Source: Candidatus Sumerlaeaceae bacterium
GTDB taxonomy: Bacteria > Sumerlaeota > Sumerlaeia > Sumerlaeales > Sumerlaeaceae
NCBI GenBank assembly: GCA_051003195.1
Contig: JBPCLP010000003.1
Location: forward strand, 13,215 to 77,214
Length of the DNA stretch: 64,000 nucleotides
Direction: 5' to 3'
Shown here piece after piece: positions 59,807-64,000 of the stretch (position 1 is the stretch's first letter; each line of letters begins with the position of its first letter). Below the pieces are notes generated by a model that searched no databases, was not told the DNA's origin, and worked only from the letters and a program-made list of their open reading frames with translations. The translations under genes and the position numbers were made by a program.

Positions 59807-60096
59807 GGAAAATCGGGAAAATTGGGGACGGGAAAATTGAACTGATCTTCCGTCGAAAACGTAGACAGTCGATTTTGGGGAATGCATGCCGCCGCCAGCA
59901 TCGCCAGGTACACTTCGCGATCCTCGGGCTCAAAGAACACCGCCGCGCGGTGATTGCCCCGATGCGTGATGTGATACGGCTCACCCGTGACAACAACTCT
60001 TGCAAATCGCGGCATGACGCAATTCGGTGGCGTTCGACCGGCTCAATGCAAAAACAAAAATTACACGTCCGCAATTTTATCCCCAATTTTAATTCC
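59807..60096 (-). mobile_element. RAYT-derived MITE, copy C, carrying a 30-bp IS3 end
   Basis: GGAAAATTGGGGACG ... CACGTCCGCAATTTT; RAYT N-terminal 44 codons; TGATCTTCCGTCGAAAACGTAGACAGTCGA at 59843-59872. Confidence 0.85.
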
Positions 60097-60141
60097 GGTA
60101 TTGCCCGTTGACACAATCTTCGAGTACGGGAAGTTCGGTTT

Positions 60142-62580
60142 ATGAGGCGGGCCTTTACGATATTGCTGCTGCTGGCTGCGCTGTCATCTCATGCCAACCA
60201 GAACTATGTTGGTTACCTTAGCGACAGCAAGCGCGCTTCTACCGCAACTGTCATTGCGAGTGATGTTCCATTTCTGAAGCAAAACCTGTGGACGGGCACA
60301 ACCGAAGGCCAGAGCCTGAAACTGGAAGTTGGTCCCGTTACGGCAGACTACCTTTATATTCTTGGCGGCTTGAATTCGGATGACCGAGCCAACCCGGACT
60401 GGGGAGGTGGAAGTAGCTATGCGAATCTTTTCATCGGCGACGTGGCGGGGACGGTAACCCTTACTTATGTCGACCAAACCCGGGATTCAATTCCCCTTGT
60501 GTTCGGTTACAACCTCTTTTGGCGGCTTCCCTTTGAACACTCCTACGAACCTTTTCAAATCGATGCACACGCAATGCAGGTCCTCGACTCGGCATTGTGC
60601 CTGGCCAATGGAACTACTCATTCCCAGGAGCTGGTCCGGTTCATCCCTGTAAGTTTGCGTGAGCAGCCACTGCAATCTATTGAATTTCAGGATGAAGCTT
60701 CTAAAAAGGGATATCCGGTCGTAGACGGCATAACGTTTCAGCTTTCCGCCGCGCACCTAATTAGCGCGAACAACAAACTACAGACTCTCTCTGGTGCACG
60801 GTCACGGCAGTTTACAGACTGGCTTAAGACGCACGAGATCCGTTCTGAAGAACCTTACCCGGCCAGGCGACGTGATGCAGTTCAGAAACTGGCTCGTATG
60901 TTATATACGTATCCGCAGGATGTCACTACTGCGACCGTAGCCCAGACGCCGTGTGCTGTTTCGGAGACTTCATTCAAAGGTCCAAAGATATCTTTTGCCG
61001 GCCCGGCGGAAGCAGACATCCTCACCAACATCTACTTTGAAAACGCCCATGAAATGTCAGGGCGAGTTGAGCCAACCGGGATGGTTCATGAATCAGAGCA
61101 GCATGCTGATTACTATGGTGGGTTCGGAGGTTGGCGTCCGGATGTTCATGCATTCTGGGACGCAAGCTACACGCGAAACCGGCTCCTGATTGGCCTGGCT
61201 AACCTGGGTTACACGGAGAAGGTAGATCGTGCGCTGCGGTTCTATGACCATTGGCTGATGTACTTTCCGTTATCCTATCCAGGGCTGCAGTTAGCAGGTA
61301 AACCCGTTCCCGGCCACTGGACCGTCGTTGCAAATAAACCTCATCTGTATTTTGATACACTTCGGGCGGTAGGCTGGAAGACAAAGTTCCAGACAAGAGA
61401 CTTCGGAAACCCGGAATCGGATGGTCACGGGCTACTTATGTTGTCGCACTGGAAACAGTGGGTAAAAATGGGGCGTCCTCCTGAATGGGTTCGCCAACGC
61501 TGGGCGGAGATCCGGGAAGCTGCAGAGTATATCCCATGGCACCTCGACAATCCGCAACTCAGCTTTTCGGAACACGGGCTGATGTACAGTGAGTCAGAAG
61601 GCGGCATGCTTAAGCCAAGTCTGTACTGTGACCTTCCCTGTTACCTTGGACTTGTCTCCTATGCGGACATGGCAGATGCATGCGGCGAGACTACGTCTGG
61701 CCTGCGGTGGCGCGACCGGGCCCGCCGGCTTGCTGATGCCATGGAACGATACTACCCGTTGTCGGACCCGCAGTGGGGCGCGGTATGGGACCCCCATAAA
61801 GGTGCGGACTTTATTGGTGGCTACTCGATTCTCGCACCAGTGAACATAGGTGCTGATTATTACGGGTATGACGTCGTAGAGCAGCTGCCGCCTGGATGGG
61901 CGCAACGAACCCGGAATTCGTACCGCATGCAACTTGCGCGTAATGAGCCCAGGTGGTGTGCCCCGGCTGGATTGGGATATGCCCAGTGCGCTGTTGCCCA
62001 GACCGCATTGCTGTTTGATGAAATGGCGGATGCAGAAAAGTTAGTCTCCTGGCTCGCCCGGTTCTGTTTTCACCCCCGGCTGAAGCATCCCTACCGGGTA
62101 CCCGAAGGTGTTACGATGGCCTCGGACGGCAGCGTCTGGCGCCGCTGGGGCGACCTCGGGAACCTGTTCCAGTTGACGGATACCATCTATACGATGAACA
62201 CCATGGCAGGGATCGATGATACGGATCCTGACGTATTGAAGCTGCTGCCTCGTCTTCCCCGAACCTGGACCGGTATTACCATACGCGATTACCCTGTTCA
62301 GGCGAGGTCCGCCGGCAAGCTCCAGCGGATACCATTTCAGGCGCGTGTTAGCATGAATCCAGATGGTACCAGTGCTACACTGGTGGCAAAAGCGGATAGT
62401 CAGCTGGACAATTGTTTAGTGCGGATTGGCCCCTTTAGCTCCCGGGCGGATAATCTGAATGCAACGCTGGATGGAATCCCGGTTTCTATCAAAGGCATTA
62501 GATCCGGCGACTCGCTATGGGGAGAACTTTCTGTTTCAAATAGAGCGGATTTTACACTTCATGCACACGTGATCTTTTAG
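60142..62580 (+). CDS. Secreted hypothetical glycoside hydrolase-like protein, probable (alpha/alpha)6 barrel
   Basis: Signal peptide; ESDGHG, W..IR.AAEYI, PEG motifs typical of six-hairpin glycosidases. Confidence 0.7.
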   Translation: MRRAFTILLLLAALSSHANQNYVGYLSDSKRASTATVIASDVPFLKQNLWTGTTEGQSLKLEVGPVTADYLYILGGLNSDDRANPDWGGGSSYANLFIGDVAGTVTLTYVDQTRDSIPLVFGYNLFWRLPFEHSYEPFQIDAHAMQVLDSALCLANGTTHSQELVRFIPVSLREQPLQSIEFQDEASKKGYPVVDGITFQLSAAHLISANNKLQTLSGARSRQFTDWLKTHEIRSEEPYPARRRDAVQKLARMLYTYPQDVTTATVAQTPCAVSETSFKGPKISFAGPAEADILTNIYFENAHEMSGRVEPTGMVHESEQHADYYGGFGGWRPDVHAFWDASYTRNRLLIGLANLGYTEKVDRALRFYDHWLMYFPLSYPGLQLAGKPVPGHWTVVANKPHLYFDTLRAVGWKTKFQTRDFGNPESDGHGLLMLSHWKQWVKMGRPPEWVRQRWAEIREAAEYIPWHLDNPQLSFSEHGLMYSESEGGMLKPSLYCDLPCYLGLVSYADMADACGETTSGLRWRDRARRLADAMERYYPLSDPQWGAVWDPHKGADFIGGYSILAPVNIGADYYGYDVVEQLPPGWAQRTRNSYRMQLARNEPRWCAPAGLGYAQCAVAQTALLFDEMADAEKLVSWLARFCFHPRLKHPYRVPEGVTMASDGSVWRRWGDLGNLFQLTDTIYTMNTMAGIDDTDPDVLKLLPRLPRTWTGITIRDYPVQARSAGKLQRIPFQARVSMNPDGTSATLVAKADSQLDNCLVRIGPFSSRADNLNATLDGIPVSIKGIRSGDSLWGELSVSNRADFTLHAHVIF

Positions 62581-62741
62581 AAGAGTTCCTGATAGAGACA
62601 AAGGCCGCAGGCTTAACTCGCGCGTACCTCCTGAAAGCCCGCGTTGCACACCATTCCAGTATTTCACTTCGAGTATTAAACCAGCCTGATGGCACGGATG
62701 GCAGGCAGGCTGGAGATGGAGTATTGTTTCCCTCCAGGTAT

Positions 62742-63149
62742 GGAAAATTGGGGACGGGAAAATTGGGGACGTGGAATTTTTCATTTGCGACCGGCCCCCG
62801 CCGCCATCGACACTTCGCTGCGCGGCATCGCCAGCAGGTGCACGTGATTTTTCATCAGGCAATACGCCCATACATCCCTAGCGCGCTTGCGCGCGAAACG
62901 AGCAGTGCTATTTCGTGCATCTTTTCGCACGAAATGTTTAGCAATGCGAGATGGCATGCCGCCGCCAGCATCGCCGGGTACACTTCGCGATCCTCGGGCT
63001 CAAAGAACACCGCCGCGCGATGATTGCCCCGAGACGTGATGTGGTACGGCTCACCCGTCACAACAACTCTTGCAAATCGCGGCACGAGGCAATTCGGTAG
63101 CGTTCGAAGTGCTCCATGCAAAAAGAAAAATTACATGTTCCCAATTTTC
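62742..63149 (-). mobile_element. RAYT-derived element, copy D (longest; retains the HUH motif) with a palindromic insert
   Basis: Duplicated GGAAAATTGGGGACG end; DVWAYCLMKNHVHLLAMPRSEVSM; insert containing ATTTCGTGC..GCACGAAAT at ~62885-62952. Confidence 0.88.
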
Positions 63150-63360
63150 TCCCAGCTACATCATGCAGCTGGAATCAATGCATAACCTGTCCCCTCAAAA
63201 GCCAACCCTTGGCATGCTGGGCGAGCTGTTTAAAGGCAAGTGGGGCGGAAACTGGAACGCAACTTTGGGGACAGGACTGACGCCGACAAGTCTGCTAGGC
63301 GCGCTTGCCTCATTATTTGGCTTTAATTGGCTGAGCCGGTTTTTTGGCGGTCCTTGCTGA
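63150..63360 (+). pseudogene. Truncated Cys-rich/hydrophobic toxin-tip-like fragment
   Basis: ATSCSWNQCITCPLKSQPLACWASCLKASG, then another frame GNWNATLGTGLTPTSLLGALASLFGFNWLSRFFGGPC*. Confidence 0.45.
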
Positions 63361-63525
63361 ATGAATATATTCCATATTATGCTACTCGTTCTAACGGTTG
63401 GCTTTTTTCTTAGCGTTGTTTGGTTCACTCAACTACTCGGGGTTGAAAAGAACAACTCTGTATGGATTGCGTTCGGAAGTTGCTTATTTCTCTATTTCGC
63501 CATTGGGCTGTGGGCCCGAAAATGA
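63361..63525 (+). CDS. 54-aa two-TM protein, putative immunity protein
   Basis: ATG immediately follows the tip stop: MNIFHIMLLVLTVGFFLSVVWFTQLLGVEKNNSVWIAFGSCLFLYFAIGLWARK; AT-rich. Confidence 0.55.
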   Translation: MNIFHIMLLVLTVGFFLSVVWFTQLLGVEKNNSVWIAFGSCLFLYFAIGLWARK

Positions 63526-63873
63526 GCGAAAACTGTTTCGCCTCTCTTGGAAATGGACAGTTCTGAGGTCAGCTCCGCGACCATTCTTAACGATGCACTA
63601 CAGTTTGCTTTTCTTCAGCGGAGCGGAAGTGTCTGCACCACGATCTACCCGAAACAAATTCATTGGTCCTGCGACCTTATCCAGCATGGCCTGCGAATCA
63701 TCTTCGATGCCAAACACATTACCGTTTCCGAGGACAACGATGTATTAGCCCGTCGTGGACGTGGGCGACTGTCGCAAACGCGCCAAGGCTTGAGCGGCAT
63801 CAGTTGAGCGATGTTGGTGTGTGAGGGGACGCCCGCTCGCGTCCCCAAAATTCCCTGTTTCACCCCTGCATGC

Positions 63874-64000
63874 TGATCTTCCGTCGAAAACGTAGACAGT
63901 CGAATTGCGGGGTTCTAAGGAACTTCACATGGACAACGTTTACGAGAAATACAAGCGCTACGACGAGGAGTTTAAGCGCAGTGCAGTCGAGCTGGCCCGT
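63874..64000 (+). mobile_element. IS3-family element left end and OrfA start (continues beyond window)
   Basis: TG-initiated IR, AAGGA RBS, ATG at 63929: MDNVYEKYKRYDEEFKRSAVELAR. Confidence 0.85.

Noticed and set aside
62742..63149. Functional RAYT transposase
   Set aside because: Interrupted by an insert and frameshift; ends shortly after the HUH motif and lacks the catalytic Tyr region.
63598..63765. Minus-strand fragment YIVVLGNGNVFGIEDD...KKSKL
   Set aside because: Looks like a gene tail but has no start and I cannot assign a family.
48300..63855. Integron cassette array
   Set aside because: No tyrosine integrase, no consistent RYYYAAC/GTTRRRY attC sites, and cargo lies on both strands.

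Overview
GC-rich bacterial chromosome segment. Two features suggest, by inference only, Candidatus Sumerlaeota (BRC1): a long GspG-like pseudopilin ending YDPTNGTVSRG, and secreted proteins ending in a T/S-x-A-x-(D/N)-W-x-L-(W/Y) tail. The left 47 kb is mostly core or carbohydrate metabolism: a giant Ig-repeat surface protein running off the left edge, two GH38 enzymes, a GHMP sugar kinase, a 4-gene ABC exporter, an amino-sugar ABC/amidohydrolase/DegT/Gfo cluster, and prpD-prpB-prpC. It is interrupted by TA modules, a repeat-flanked GxxExxY pseudogene and several short REP-like repeat families. The right 16 kb (48-64 kb) is a mosaic. Single cargo genes (GH2, FG-GAP protein, GH-like protein, secreted repeat proteins) and truncated pieces (two Cys-rich Rhs-type toxin tips with downstream partners, ComEA, IS1182/IS5, IS3 end) alternate with four internally deleted copies of a REP-associated tyrosine transposase (RAYT) element and its GGGGAC/GTCCCC end motifs. 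This apparent cassette-shuffling arrangement is the most unusual feature. No rRNA, tRNA, CRISPR array or reverse transcriptase was recognised.
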